Assembly: GCF_002113885.1 (NCBI RefSeq)
Contig: NW_018406324.1
Span: 626,681-690,680 of the forward strand
Reading direction: 5' to 3'
Length of the DNA: 64,000 nt
DNA from: Mizuhopecten yessoensis
Taxonomy: Eukaryota
The translations under genes and the position numbers were made by a program. Within the stretch, counting starts at the first letter, position 1, and the number at the start of each line of letters is the position of its first letter. Of this stretch, positions 11,739 through 25,489 are shown one piece after another. The notes below the pieces were generated by a model, which did no database searches, had not been told where the DNA came from, and was given only the letters and a program-made list of their open reading frames with translations.

Positions 11739-12499
11739 NGACAGCCATTGTAGGCAGAGACAATCTAGCTGAGGGGTCAATGGGAGCTATATGTTGATGG
11801 GCAAGAACAGGAGGGAAACGCTACTGGTGATGCTGCAATATAGCGAAAATGGGTGTTGGTGATGGGTGGGGGCAGAGAACAGAGGGGTGGGGTAGAACGA
11901 GAGATGAGAGATAATAGTACCACTCAGTACGTGTATTACGGGTCACACTACGTCAGTATAGAGGGAACACGGAATACTTTGTTATCGAATATATGACAAG
12001 GACAGAATCTTTCGCTTCAGCGAAACAACTCAAACTAATATGTACGACAATTTATTCCATGGTCTGAATCGAATAACGATTAATAATTGTATGTGTTGTA
12101 ATTGTTTTCTTTTCTATTCTCCTGTTATTTCCTATTTCTGCACAGTGGTTACATGTCTGTGACCCCGGGACTCTGTTGTTCGTGTGGCCTTGTATGTCAA
12201 ATACAAATACTCCACAATACTCGGTAATCTTGTACATGTTGTACGTCCAACAGAAGTACTTCATAACTCTCCGTAATCTTGTTTGTGAAATATAAGTGCT
12301 TCCCAAATACTTTGTAAGCCTGCATGTCACACACAAATGCAGTACTTCACAATACTCTCTAAAAATGTATACTTCAAAATACTCTCTCAACTTGTGAGCG
12401 TATTCTATTAATAATGTACCGATATAGAATATTCTTGTTAACAATTGTATAAAATAAACATTCATTACTAATTAAACTTCGATCATTTAACAACAACTA

Positions 12500-12710
12500 T
12501 GAAACAAGATTTATTAACTTAAAATCAATATCGTTGGTCCGGCTTAACTCAGGTGGACGCAATTTCGAAGGAGTATACCCACAGAAAATCACGTGGTCAG
12601 GCAGAAGACCACATTTCTTTTCATGTCCGATCGGGGAATCGAACCCCGGCTGTCTTGGTAAAAGGCAAACGCATGTCCGAGTGTTTTCAACTTGCACTGT
12701 GCTATCCATG
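12500..12710 (-). mobile_element. Decayed tRNA-headed SINE (second family, V-like core)
   Basis: Minus strand: ggatagcacagtg (A-box-like), ccggggttcgattccccg (B-box/T-arm), then cctgaccacgtgattttctgtgggtatactcc. Confidence 0.55.
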
Positions 12711-12914
12711 CACAGTTATTCTAGAAAAAACATAAACAGAACAGGTTTACGACAAAACAAACTTGAACCCGTTACCCATGTGCCATATTGTTCTCCTCGG
12801 ATGTATAAATAGCCAAAGTGTCGCTGTAGCAACAAGTGAGAGATGGATGCCTCGGGTGAACTGACCATCTGTTAACATGCTTATTATACAAGACAGATTA
12901 GTCTGAGCTCCTGT

Positions 12915-13420
12915 ACGACACACCCTGGGACCGTGAACAATAAAAGTGCAGTTTCGCATTAGCTTTCACGCCCTAGGACCTTGTACGAAGGAATATGCAG
13001 TTTCGTTGTATTTTTCACAACCTAGGACCATGTACAAACGGCATGAGCTGATCCTTTACACATCTCACACCCAAGGACCATGTGCAATAAAATTAATAGT
13101 TCCCTTGCTCCTTTCATACCACGGGGCAGTGAACACTATAAGTGCAGTTCAGTTATACATTTCACACTATAGGACAGTGAACAATTCAATTTGCAGCTTC
13201 ACTTTTACATTTCACACTGTAAGACTACGAACAACAGAAAGTATAGTTCCGTTGTATCTTTCACACACTGGGACATTGTACAATATGATGAGCAGTTTCA
13301 CTGCACATTTCACTCCCTGTGACATTGTACAGTGTAATGAGCAGTTCCGTTGTACCTTTAACAATCTAGGACCGTGTACAATAAAGTAGGCAGTTCCCAC
13401 GTACCTTTTTACAACGGAGT
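12915..13420. repeat. Degenerate ~49 bp minisatellite ~10 copies
   Basis: ggacc at ~12928, 12976, 13025 and 13075, with recurring ttcacac...ggac...tacaata...gcagtt. Explains ORF 12946..13389. Confidence 0.75.
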
Positions 13421-14329
13421 ACCGTATAAGACTTTGCATGGTTCTACGAAAAAATATTCTATTCAACAACTACTTTCTTCGTCATTATTTTCCGAACACC
13501 CGTTTGTTGTGTTGTATATAAGTGTTTAAATTGATTAAATACATGTATTAAACCACTAGTTAAGTATCTGTTATAAGAAATGTGGTCGCCATTTAATCGA
13601 ATCACTTGATATTAACACCGGATGGATACTTCCTACACTTTTCTTTGAAGTCAATATGTGAGAATTACAGCATTATTTATGATAAAATCAAGCGTATCAA
13701 TTTGATAATATCTTTGTAAAATATTTAGAAATTGGAAATGAACAGTTTGTAACATTACATAAAAAATGTCGATATTTGCCTTGAAATTTAAATAATTTAA
13801 ATAGTTCATAACATACAAAGATGATTTATTGCATCAGTTTAAAGTGGAATAAAACCTAAGCACCTAATTAAGGACTCACACAACTAAATCAGCCAATCAG
13901 CAAGTGTTTCATACGTTTGTAGTTCCTATTTGAAATAAGTTCTGGCTAATTACTGGGCCACTGAAGGAGTTTAATAAGGAACTAATGACAGATTTTTAGA
14001 TAAATGAAATGTTCAGGGATTTAACTTTTGAAAAATATATACTTTTGATGTATTTCCATGTCTGTGTGCGGATTTGCACAGGGGCAAAATGTCTGGGGGC
14101 GTTTCTGTTTTGGGTCACCGGTTTGGTTGTCAACTTCCGGTTGTCAACTTCTTGGCGCTGTGACACTCCAATATGCCACTACACCTACCAAAAAAGTCAT
14201 TTTGTAGCCTTTGCAAGGTATGTATTTATGAATCTAGACAGTTGTCACTAGTTTTGAACTTCAAATATTAAAGTTATTAGCTAAAATGTTTGGTAATAAC
14301 ATATAGTAAATGATTTAGTTGTGTGAGTC

Positions 14330-14810
14330 CTATACTAGCTTGCTTTTAGACTGGCGCGTTCGACTACACCTTAGTCTCGTTCAACCAGACTCTTGTTGTC
14401 TCTTGAATAACAAGCGATCAAGCGTCTGGTTGAACGAGACTAACAACACCTTACGAGCTAATAGACTGGCGCGTTCGACTACACCTATACTAGCTTACTT
14501 TTGNTCATTCCATTCCGTTTGTCAACTGAAACGCTGACACCCCTGTATACTAGCTTACTAGTAGACTGGCACGTTCGACTACACCTATACTAGCTTGCTA
14601 ATATACTGGCGCGTTCGACTTAACCTTTACTAGTTTTCTAATGGACTTGCGCGTTGGACTACACATATATACTGGAGCTAAACTGGAGTGGCGCATTCGA
14701 TACCACCTCCACACTAGAGCTTAGATAGAGCTGCGCGTTCGACCAAACCTATACAAGCGCTAATGTACGAAAGCGCTAAATTACTAATAAACTAGTGCGT
14801 TCGACTACAC
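14330..14810. repeat. ~40 bp minisatellite (tagactggcgcgttcgactacacctatactagcttgctaa)
   Basis: gcgttcgactacacc and variants recur about 8 times. Interrupted by a micro-MITE and an N. Confidence 0.8.
14372..14442. mobile_element. 71 bp palindromic micro-MITE with 19 bp perfect TIR and 9 bp TSD (AcademH-like non-autonomous element)
   Basis: tagtctcgttcaaccagac ... gtctggttgaacgagacta. Flanks are actacacct (14363-14371) and acaacacct (14443-14451), with one mismatch. Confidence 0.8.
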
Positions 14811-15069
14811 TTTCTTGACTTGACGAACAATACTTTCTATGTATTCCCTCTACTTGACGCAGATAAACTGTGGCCTATAAATTAATATACCTTATGTAGT
14901 TACTATCATCAACAATTTGAATACTGTAAATATTTACTTCAATTTAGAAAGACATTTGTTTGAAAAATCTCAGTTGTCGTTGGACATCGACATTAAAGTG
15001 TTTACACCTGTACAACCCATGAACTGTAGCAATAGCTTTAAATTGTGTATTTACAACTGCGTATGAGGA

Positions 15070-15108
15070 TGTGTGAAGGTGTGTGTGTGTGATGGTGCGT
15101 GAGTGTGA

Positions 15109-15142
<34 letters not shown>
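15070..15142. repeat. (GT)n microsatellite
   Basis: Direct inspection. Confidence 0.9.
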
Positions 15143-15199
15143 AGGTATATGTCATTAATGTACCTGTTTTCGATGTTATCATGCAATTATAAAGTATGA

Positions 15200-15300
15200 T
15201 GCGAGAAGGCTATTGTGAGTTGAATTGAATTGAATTGAGTTGCAATATCGTGATACTTATTTCTTTCCAAAATATTTTGGCAATAAACCATGTTTAAACA
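15200..15300 (+). mobile_element. Possible CR1-like 3' tail remnant
   Basis: gagaaggct...ttttggcaataaaccatgtttaaac resembles the tails at 21413-21495 and 8735-8808. Confidence 0.35.
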
Positions 15301-15829
15301 CAACCTGATAATATGTGAGGCTGTCACAGTCCCCAATTATATTAATCAGACTCCAGTACCTGACGGTCCGTGAACTATTAACAGCCCACAAAAATACTGT
15401 ACGTCACTGTTAAAAATGGCTACGCTGTATATTGATTGTTCCTTTTGGGATAACTACGGTACCAATAGATCAATCAGTGTGATCGATGTCCGCCTTCCGC
15501 TCCGACACCCGGTCCCCGCTGACCAATATATGTAATTGGCTAATTAGGATAGCCTCGTTAATGTCAAAGACGCGTCCTTACCGTACGGGTCACTAGGTAC
15601 ACCGTCGCTAATTACAGCTGATCATCTATATCGACCCGTGTGGTTCAAACCCCAGTGTTTACGGACGGATTACAAATTCACCGGGTTAACTTGTTAGACC
15701 ATCCAATTTCTCAAACAAGGATTGTTTTAGGGCTATACAAATAAAATGAAATTTTACCACTATGAATATTGTAAAAATGTCAGAAAAACATGTTATGTTT
15801 ACAGCCTGACTCCCGAGTCGTCGTATTCT

Positions 15830-18800
15830 CGCCGTGTCAGGTTGACAAGGTTTTACTGAGGTAAAGGACATGACCTGTTAGGTCTGGCTTAACAAGGTTT
15901 TACTTATAGTAACAGATGGGATCTGTCGGATCAGGATTGACAAGGTTTTACTGACAGTATAGGACGGGATCTGTCAGGTCCGGATTAACAAGGTTTGACT
16001 GATAATAAAGGACGGGATCTGTCGTGTCCGGATTAACAAGGTTTTACTGATAGTAAAAGGCTGGGTCTGTCAGGTCTGGACAAACAAGGTTTTACTGATA
16101 TTACAGGACGGGATCCGTCAGTCCCGGATTAACAAGGTTTTACTGACAGTGAAGGACGGGATTTGTCAGGTCAGGATTAACAAAGCTCTACTGATATAAT
16201 AGAACGGGATATGTAAGATCCGGTTTAACAAGGTTGTACTGATATTTCATGACGGAATCTGTCACGTCCGGATTAACAAGGTTTTACTGATAGTGAAGGA
16301 CGGGATCTGTCGTGTCCAGATTGACAAGGTTTTACTGATAGTAAAAGACGGGATCTGTCAGGTCCGGATTAATAAAGCTCTACTGACAGTGAAGGACAGG
16401 ATATGTCGTGCCCAGATTAACAAAGTTTTACTGATAGTAAAAGACGGGATCTGTCAGGTCCGGATTAACAAGGTTTTACTGATAGTAAAAGGCGGGATCT
16501 GTCAGGTCCGGATTAACAAGGTTTTACTGACAGTAAAGGACGGGATATGTCGTGCCCAGATTAACAAAGTTTTACTGATAGTAAAAGACGGGATCTGTCA
16601 GGTCCGGATTAACAAGGTTTTACTGATAGTAAAAGGCGGGATCTGTCAGGTCCGGATTAACAAGGTTTTACTGACAGTAAAGGACGGGATATGTCGTGCC
16701 CAGATTAACAAAGTTTTACTGATAGTAAAAGACGGGATCTGTCAGGTCCGGATTAACAAGGTTTTACTGATAGTAAAAGGCGGGATCTGTCAGGTCCGGA
16801 TTAACAAGGTTTTACTGACAGTAAAGGACGGGATATGTCGGGTCCAGATTAACAAAGTTTTACTGATAGTAAAAGACGGGATCTGTCAGGTCCGGATTAA
16901 CAAGGTTTTACTGATAGTAAAAGGCGGGATCTGTCAGGTCCGGATTAACAAGGTTTTACTGACAGTAAAGGACGGGATATGTAAGGTCCGGATTAACAAG
17001 GTTTTACTGACAGTAAAGGACGGGATATGTCGGGACAAGATTAACAAGGTTTTACTGATCGTAAAGGACGGAATATGTAAGGTCCGGATTTACAAGGTTA
17101 CACTGATAGTAAAGGATTGGATCTGTCAGGTTCAGATTAACAAGATTCTACTAATACAACATGACGTAATCTGTAAGGTCCGGTTTAACAAGGTTTTACT
17201 GATAGTGAAGGACGGGATATGTCATGTCCAGATTAACAAGGTTTTACTGATAGTAAAAAACGGAATGTGTAAGGTCCGGCTTAACAAGGTTCTATTGATA
17301 TAACATGACGGAATCTGTCGGGACAGGATTAACAAGGTTTTTCTGATAGTGAAGGACGGGATATGTCGTGTCCAGATTAACAAGGTTTTACTGATAGTGA
17401 AGGACGGGATCTGTCAGGTCCGGATTAACAAGGTTTTACTGACAGTAAAGGACGGGATATGTAAGGTCCGGATTAACAAAGTTTTACTGATCGTAAAGGA
17501 CGGGATCTGTCGGGACAGGTTTAACAAGGTTTTACTGATAGTGAAGGACGGGATCTGTCAGGTCCGGATTAACAAGGTTTTACTGATAGTGAAGGACGGG
17601 ATCTGTCAGGTCCGGATTAACATGGTTTTACTGATAGTGAAGGACGGGATCTGTCAGGTCCGGATTAACAAGGTTTTACTGATAGTGAAGGACGGGATCT
17701 GTCAGGTCCGGATTAACAGGGTTTTACTGATAGTGAAGGACGGGATCTGCCGTGTCCAGATTGACAAGGTTTTACTGATCGTAAAGGACGGAATATGTAA
17801 GGTCCGGATTTACAAGGTTACACTGATAGTAAAGGATTGGATCTGTCAGGTTCAGATTAACAAGATTCTACTAATACAACATGACGTAATCTGTAAGGTC
17901 CGGTTTAACAAGGTTTTACTGATAGTGAAGGACGGGATATGTCGTGTCCAGATTAACAAGGTTTTACTGATAGTAAAAAACGGAATGTGTAAGGTCGGGC
18001 TTAACAAGGACGGGATATGTAAGGTCCGGATTAACAAAGTTTTACTGATCGTAAAGGACGGGATCTGTCGGGACAGGTTTAACAAGGTTTCACTGATAGT
18101 GAAGGACGGGATCTGTCAGGTCCGGATTAACAAGGTTTTACTGATAGTGAAGGACGGGATCTGTCAGGTCCGGATTAACAGGGTTTTACTGATAGTGAAG
18201 GACGGGATCTGTCAGGTCCGGATTAACATGGTTTTACTGATAGTGAAGGACGGGATCTGTCAGGTCCGGATTAACAGGGTTTTACTGATAGTGAAGGACG
18301 GGATCTGTCAGGTCCGGATTAACATGGTTTTACTGATAGTGAAGGACGGGATCTGTCGTGTCCAGATTGACAAGGTTTTACTGATAGTAAAGGACGGGAT
18401 ATGTCGTGTCCGGATTAATATGGTTTTACTGATAGTAAAGGACGGGATATGTCGGGACCGGATTAATAAGGTTTTACTGATAGTAAAGGACGGGATATGT
18501 CGGGACAGGATTAACAAGGTTTTACTGATAGTAAAGGACGGGATATGTCGTGTCCGGATTAATAAGGTTTTACTGATAGTGAAGGACGGGATATGTCAGG
18601 TCCGGATTAACAAGGTTTTACTGATAGTGAAGGACGGGATCTGTCAGGTCTGGACAAACAAGGTTTTATTGATAGTGAAGGACGGGATCTGTCAGGTCTG
18701 GATTAATAAGGTTTTACTGATAGTAAAAGACGGGATATGTGAGGTCCGGATTAACCAGGTTTTACAGACAGTGAAGGACGGGATCTGCCAGGTCCGGATT

Positions 18801-19033
18801 AACAAGGTTTGACAGACAGTGAAGGACGGGATCTGTCAGGTCCGGATTAACAGGGTTTTACTGATAGTGAAGGACGGGATCTGTCAGGTCTGGATTAACA
18901 AGGTTTTACTGATAGTAAAAGACGGGATGTGTGCTGTCCGGATTAACCAGGTTTTACTGACAGTGAAGGACGGGATCTGTCGTGTGCAGATTAACATGGT
19001 TTTACTGATATTACAGGACGGAATCTGTAAGGT
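15830..19033. repeat. 48 bp minisatellite, ~66 copies (gattaacaaggttttactgatagtgaaggacgggatctgtcaggtccg)
   Basis: Direct inspection. Translates to the 16-aa repeat KDGICQVRINKVLLIV in ORFs 16293, 17349 and 18819. Confidence 0.97.
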
Positions 19034-19489
19034 AATAATTGTTTCAAGAAGAAAATGATCTTTTATTGATTACTAGAGTTAAATATATCGAATCACTGTT
19101 TAAGATTATATAAACTGGTTTTTACATACCTGCGTATTTATTATAATAAAACTCCCGGAAATTAGTCAAAATCACATAACTGGTCAGATGATATTAGGAT
19201 ATTATCCCGACTATTGTGACTCTAACGTTCATTTTTACACGTCCGACAAGTCAAGCACTGAAGTTTTAATTTGCCTATACAAAAGATGACGACAAAAGTC
19301 GAACTGTCGATCACCAACTAATAAATATTACAACGTACGAGTTCTCTGCCAGTGATGTTTGACGAAGAATCGATACCAAGTTTGGTCGAGTTTTATGCAG
19401 CAGTGATAGTTAATAGCCAATGTGATTGGGATTATTCGGCTTAACGTCTATCAGACAACCGTTATCCGTACCTCTCCAATAAGTCCGAC

Positions 19490-20195
19490 ACCCATTAAAT
19501 TCAAATAAGGTCTGCACAACGCTCCGTATATCAAAAAGGTATGCACAGCACAGTCTACATTAAGCCTGTATGTGATGTCATACTTCCGAAATAGGATATA
19601 CGTGTACAATGAAAAAAATAAGCGTCGTTCATGATAGATAAGCATGGTCAATATTTCTCCAAAAATTATAAAAGCTCTTAACATGCTTTCCCGTCCCTCT
19701 GAAATTGCTTTTTGTTAAAACTATTTTGGATATTGATACAGTTTAAACTAGGGTGAGTACAGCTCTCCGAACGTTGGCAAACGTATACCTTATTTGGTCT
19801 TTGAAGTGTTATGCATACCTTACAAAGCTTCAAGGTACAAATAAAGTATAAACAAACTTCAAGTCCAAATAAAGTAAAAACAAACTTCAAGTCCAAATAA
19901 GGTATGCGCAACATTTCAAAGTCCAAATAAGCAATGGGCAGTACGTAAAATTCCTAATAAAGTATACACAGCATACCAGATAAAGTATACGTTACGCTTC
20001 AAAGTTAAAATAAGGTATGCACAACGCTTCAATTCTACAGACTCCCCTATCCAAATGAAATATGCAAATTAGTTTGTACTACCAAATGAAATAGGCACAT
20101 ATTTTATTGTCCAAATATGGTGAGCACATGACGTGATGGTATGGCACGTGAATAATTCAAAACGTCCATTCCATGCGTCCAATTTGGGTATGCAC
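19490..20195. repeat. Degenerate ~30 bp repeat (aagtccaaataaggtatgcacaacgcttc)
   Basis: Recurrent tccaaataa(a/g)gtat(a/g)c motif, best preserved at 19830-20030. Confidence 0.65.
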
Positions 20196-20621
20196 GTTAA
20201 TCCATACATTCCTATAAATTAAGATAAAAACGGTATGCATATACTCCTTAGTAAAATAAAAGATTTCTTTTTAGTTGTTAAGTCTTAAGATATCTTAGAT
20301 TATTCGAAGCAATGATGAAATGTTAGTACAATATATGTATAAATATTATCTATAAATGCAAAGTAAAGGGACACAATCACGCAAACTAAGTCACGTGACC
20401 GTAAAAAGTATGTAAATATTCTTGAAGTATTGGTAAATCTCACATGATATACTTATATGGTTGATTGAAATATAAAGTTTGATTCCACTAAGGTACATTT
20501 TTGTATTACATGCGCATGCGCTAATCGTAAAACCAAGACTATAAAGCATCTTTCATCTTTTACTTTATACTCAAAGAAATATTTTTCGCAAGAATAACGC
20601 TACAGCGCTTAATTAAATGTT

Positions 20622-21495
20622 AAAAGAGAAGCCGCTCGAATTATATCCGACCTTCCTTCATATGCCCATATCGAAGATTTTGAAACAGGTTTAGAAACTC
20701 TTTTAAATCGTCGAAAACGTAAAAACCGTCAACTTTTACATAAAATGCACATCAACTTAACTCCAGATTATTTCAACGATCTTCTGCCACCTACTATTGC
20801 CGAAAATAACAGGTACACTCTTAGAAGTAACAGTGATTATAGAGCTCCTCTATTTGGGCTTTCTCTTACAAATCTTTCCTTTATACCTTCCACTCTTCGT
20901 AGCTGGAACTCGATAGATCTACCAGTACGATCGTTGCCGTGTACACATTTATTTAAAAACTCTCTTACTTCAAATGTACAACCATCCCCTCCTATCTACT
21001 TCAGTTTTGGAGACCGTAAATTGAATATTATACATATTAAACTGATTGTAGTTCCCTTAAGTATGACCTTTACAGAGGTAATCTTGTCGAAAGTCCATTT
21101 TGCATCTGTGGACATCCATGTGAGAATGCCTTGCAAACTTTTTAGCAATGAAAGGCGTATTTTGTTTCAAAATTTGAATGCCTTAGGTATAGACTTAAAT
21201 TTAGAGCTTCTTTTGTTTTGCAGTTCAAATCTTTCGGTGGACCTTAATAACACTTACGTTTTTAGACATGTGCATCACTTCATCAAATTCAGCAACAGAT
21301 TTTGAACGTTGTTTTTTAAAGTTGTGTACTTGTACCTGTGTGAATATTATATATATCTTCTTCATGTTTATGTCTATTATCATTGTTGTCATGTACTTGT
21401 AAATGTATGACGGGAGAAGGCTGTGATACGTTGTAATAACTTGTGTCCACTCCCTTGTTCGTTTCTTTTGGCAATAAATGTGTATAAAATTAAAA
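20622..21495 (+). mobile_element. 5'-truncated CR1-like LINE (ORF2 C-terminus plus 3' UTR), pseudogenised
   Basis: EAARIISDLP...ETGLETLLNRRK...PDYFNDLLP...RYTLR...SFIPSTLRSWNS...GDRKLNIIH...(frameshift) CSSLKYDLYRGNLVESPFCICGH...VFRHVHHFIKFSNRF*. Tail aacttgtgtccactcccttgt...caataaa. Confidence 0.85.
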
Positions 21496-22030
21496 TGTTT
21501 TAGATATGCGACGTAAACAAAAATTCTTGAATCTTAATTTGTTTTTATGTTTGCATGACCCGAAGTTCAGTTTGAACCCTATAGCTTATCTATGTCTACG
21601 TTTAAATTATAATAAGTTAACTACTATGAAAAAGTAATTGTCTCTCTAAACAGCGAATCTGAAAATGAAATTCATGTATAACTTAGCACCTACATTTTCG
21701 TTGTTGTAGTTACTTAAAAGATGAAAAAAATTATAATGTTCTTCCATTGAATACTGTATATTCACTACGGTATGGTAAAATATTTGAACTCGATCGTGCT
21801 TCGAACCAGTGAAAAATATCGATATTCTGTCATATTTGTAAGAAAGCAAAGACGAGACGTGAAGTACAAGGAAGGTGAAGTGTTCAGAAGACCGCCATAG
21901 CCGACTAAAGCCCGATAAGGGTAAACCACTAACACCAACCGTTACCAAGGACTAACGTTCTAAATACAGTCTACAAAAAATAAGATATAATTTTGAAATT
22001 CAGGCTCAAGAATCCAAGGTCTCCATTGAA

Positions 22031-22203
22031 CAGCCGCGTAGCTGCCTAAACGCTGGTACGCCGGTGAATCCGCAAAATTTTCAAACAGAAAAACAAAACG
22101 AAACGAAATACTGCTTGTTATACCCTTTGTCCCTTACCAAGGCCCTGCCCTGGACCCGCTCCTAAATGAACCTAATCCGAACAAAGGCTAGTTACGCGTG
22201 TTG
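22031..22203. mobile_element. Possible small TIR element
   Basis: Imperfect termini cagccgcgtagctg / tagttacgcgtgttg with an internal ggccctgccctggaccc motif. Confidence 0.35.
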
Positions 22204-23804
22204 TTTTTCAATTTCAAATGGTAGAACAGACGGAATAATGATACTCAGTACAGATATGCATTATTCAACATAACAATACGATTTTTAGCCCAAGCCAACA
22301 AACACAAAAACCAAAACTCCAACACCAAACTGTACATGTGACAAAATGTTGGAAGGTGTTGTACGCAATGCAACCGGAAAACAATATTTCTAAAGTAAAT
22401 AAATAGAGAAATAAATAAATAGTGCAAAAGAGAAATAAATAAAAGCCCAAACAAGCAGGTTTTTTTGGAAAGAACAGCAGTGCAACTAGGTCACAATTTT
22501 AAAATAAATTTGTCTCAAACTGATTCTAAGAAAAAAAGTTAAAAAGAAAACACAAACAAACAAATTATATTTAAATTATTGTTAATTTTTACTGTCAATT
22601 TTAGCATCATTTTACGATGGTATTTTCCGATTTAGTTTTTTTCATATTGAATGTTAAGAAAGTAAATCTTACGAAGCCATAGTAGGATGACGGAGCTTCG
22701 TGAGGCAGCTCCACAATTCCCGGAATTTCATGTCTGGCTCCGAGCGCTCATGGAGCCGCTGGTTCTGTATCTGATCAAAATGCCGTGTATCTGTCAGAAT
22801 TGCTGATGCAGACATATTCTTATGTAGAAATCCGAAAACTACATTTAGGGAAATCAATTCACTATCTCCATAAATGGTAAAATATCTGATTTTTTTGCCG
22901 TTTTACTTCAGTGCGGAACATCTTGAATACAAATGTTTACATATATTGGGGAGATAATCTTTGGAGCTTTGGATCTGTTGGATCACGGTGTTACGTTTAG
23001 ATCAGTGTATATATGCACTTTTATACTTAAGACCAGACAGCTATCAACCCTTCATAGAGTTCTATTACAGCTCATAAATCTACCCAACACCGTGGGATCA
23101 ACTTCATAAAATCAGGATTTTTTTTTATTCTTACAACTTTTTCATCTTAAATTTAATCATTTATGTTTTTCTGCCAAAAAGACAGATTAATATTCGCAAC
23201 CTAAACCGGTTATCCTTGTGTTGTATAGTGCGTATGTGTATGTAAGTGTTCCGAGGGCAGTCCGGTGACACCCGGGAAGTCTCGGGAGTTGTGTACGAGC
23301 AGGCGGGCAGCTTGTTCTTGTCTATTAAAAAAACACTTTGACAGACGAAACATACATGTGTGATTCAAAGTGAACAATATATCCGATACTTTTAAACTAA
23401 CGTACCTGAGTGCCTATTTGGTTAAGTGAATACAACTATTGCCTGGATTCATAAAGGACATTGTTATAAAAAACACAATTGTTTTATCACGCCTTGCTTT
23501 AAAATGGTGTAACAAAACATCCGATATTAAACTTAAGATAATGAAAATACATGTATAACCCATAACAGACATTTAAAAATGTGTACAACCCCCTTTCTTT
23601 ATGGAAGAGTGTTTGTCTGTTGGATAGTACTACATACACACGCATAGTCTATCGACCAATGAAAACTGTCGTAACATCGCAAATGTGGTAGAATTCCCTA
23701 TATAAATACACATCCTACCTCCTATGTTCAAATACATCCCATGATCCCCTTCATACAAATATATAATGATCCCAAACATGATGTACATATTGTGTTTCTG
23801 TCTC

Positions 23805-23903
23805 CTGCATACACACATGCAAGCACCGTACACTACACACATGGAGGCACGTCCTTTAAATGACCTTAGCCGTAAACAGGACGTACAAACTTAAACCAAA
23901 CCA
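23805..23903 (+). mobile_element. Truncated SINE 3' end (CA-rich linker plus shared tail)
   Basis: catacacacatgc...ggcacgtcctttaaatgaccttagccgtaaacaggacgtacaaacttaaaccaaacc matches the 3' end of 52820-53205. Confidence 0.65.
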
Positions 23904-24574
23904 TCACTATATGATCTCTTATATACATGTAATCACAGGATGATGCACTATTTCAATACATGTGATACTTCCTAAATTTACACGTGGGCCTCTCTATGTA
24001 TGGAAATCCACGCACTAACCCTCCGTATAAGAATACTATTGAGGTATTCATAAAAAAAACCCCGCGGAAACTGCCCTATATAAGTACATGTGGTTAATCT
24101 GATAACACGGACAAGACACGGGGAATTTGTCTAGTAACAACTTGCCACTGATTATTCCGACAGCGTCACAATTGGTACGCTAACAGGTGTTATGTCTCCC
24201 ATTTATTGCACTTCCGGTTACAAATTGCGATCGAGAAAATGAGTTCCGGTTCGATCGTTATCTATATCCTAGTTATTGACCCGTTAGTTGACGAACATGG
24301 AAAGACATTTAGCAGTCAATTCTCCGGATAATGTCGTAAAATTGCTCTAGAAATTAGTTTTAATTAATGACACCCTTGATCTGTTTGTGATTGAAATTAA
24401 CGAGATCTTTCCACAGTAGAGATTTAAAGGTCACGTCTCACACAGCCATAACGAATAAAGAAAATCTCCTGTGTGGGGCGCGTATCTCGTCAGCCCGCCA
24501 CAGTAACACGCTTTGTGACTATCAGCAGAGGCCGTGTTATACCGTGGCTGCATTTGTATTATGACAAGGCCGTT

Positions 24575-24860
24575 ACACTGTGAGGGCAAAGTTGTGTTTT
24601 ACTAAAATACCCTACGATCTGAGAAAGCATGACATTCCCAATAAACACATAAAACGGTGACAGAATGCTAATGTTTTTTCCGAGAAAACACAAAAACTGT
24701 GAGGGCATAATAATATTATTACAATATATAGACACCCACAAATGCGAGGGCATGGTAATGTTTCCCGATAAACACCCAAAATAGTGAGAGTATAGGATTA
24801 TGTTTTATGATAAACCACCAAAAATGTGAGGGCATGATTGTTTTTGTCCATTACACACAC
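24575..24860. repeat. Degenerate ~40 bp repeat (tgagggcat...ccgataaacacccaaa)
   Basis: Recurrent gagggcat and taaacac motifs. Confidence 0.55.
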
Positions 24861-25489
24861 TCATTAAAACACACACACAAATGTATTGTGTCGATATGAT
24901 AGTAATTTTCTTCCTTTAATCCCACGGAAAAAAAAGATCTTACAACAAATTCTCCGAACTCTTTCTCGCTGTAAAATCTGGGTGAAACACTTCTGAAGGT
25001 GAATCAAGCGCAGACGTCGTGGCTGATTACCTAATCGGAAGTTACATATGATTCTGGAGGTCAGGAGCCAATATTTCACGAACAAATGCCATGATTGTTC
25101 AGTATACATGTTCCCGATATTACCAAACCATAGCTATTAAAACAGTGCATGTCTGTTCATTTCTAAACATTGGCAATATGTTTGGGCAGAGGTTTCTAAG
25201 TCTAGACCCTATCAGACGCAGTTTCGGACAATGATTGTCGCCCCGGACCCTAACACAAGTTTGAAGATCAATGGGTTATCGCCCTTGACAATATAAGGCC
25301 CAAGGGTTTGGTGAGTAATAAGTCGCCATTGACCCTATCAGACACGAGGGTCGGACAAGATACGGTTTGTCATCGCTGGTCGTGGGGTTTATACAGTCGT
25401 TTGTCGTCGCCCATTTACCATAGTCGGGCTCTTACACCTAATGTGCTTACATATGCTGGTAAACAACAACTAATCACTGCATTGCTTTC

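Noticed and set aside
22668-22758. Two adjacent hairpins (cttacgaagc/gcttcgtgag and ggctcc/ggagcc) as a ribozyme or MITE
   Set aside because: No hammerhead core (CUGANGA...GAAA), no TSD and no second copy in the window.
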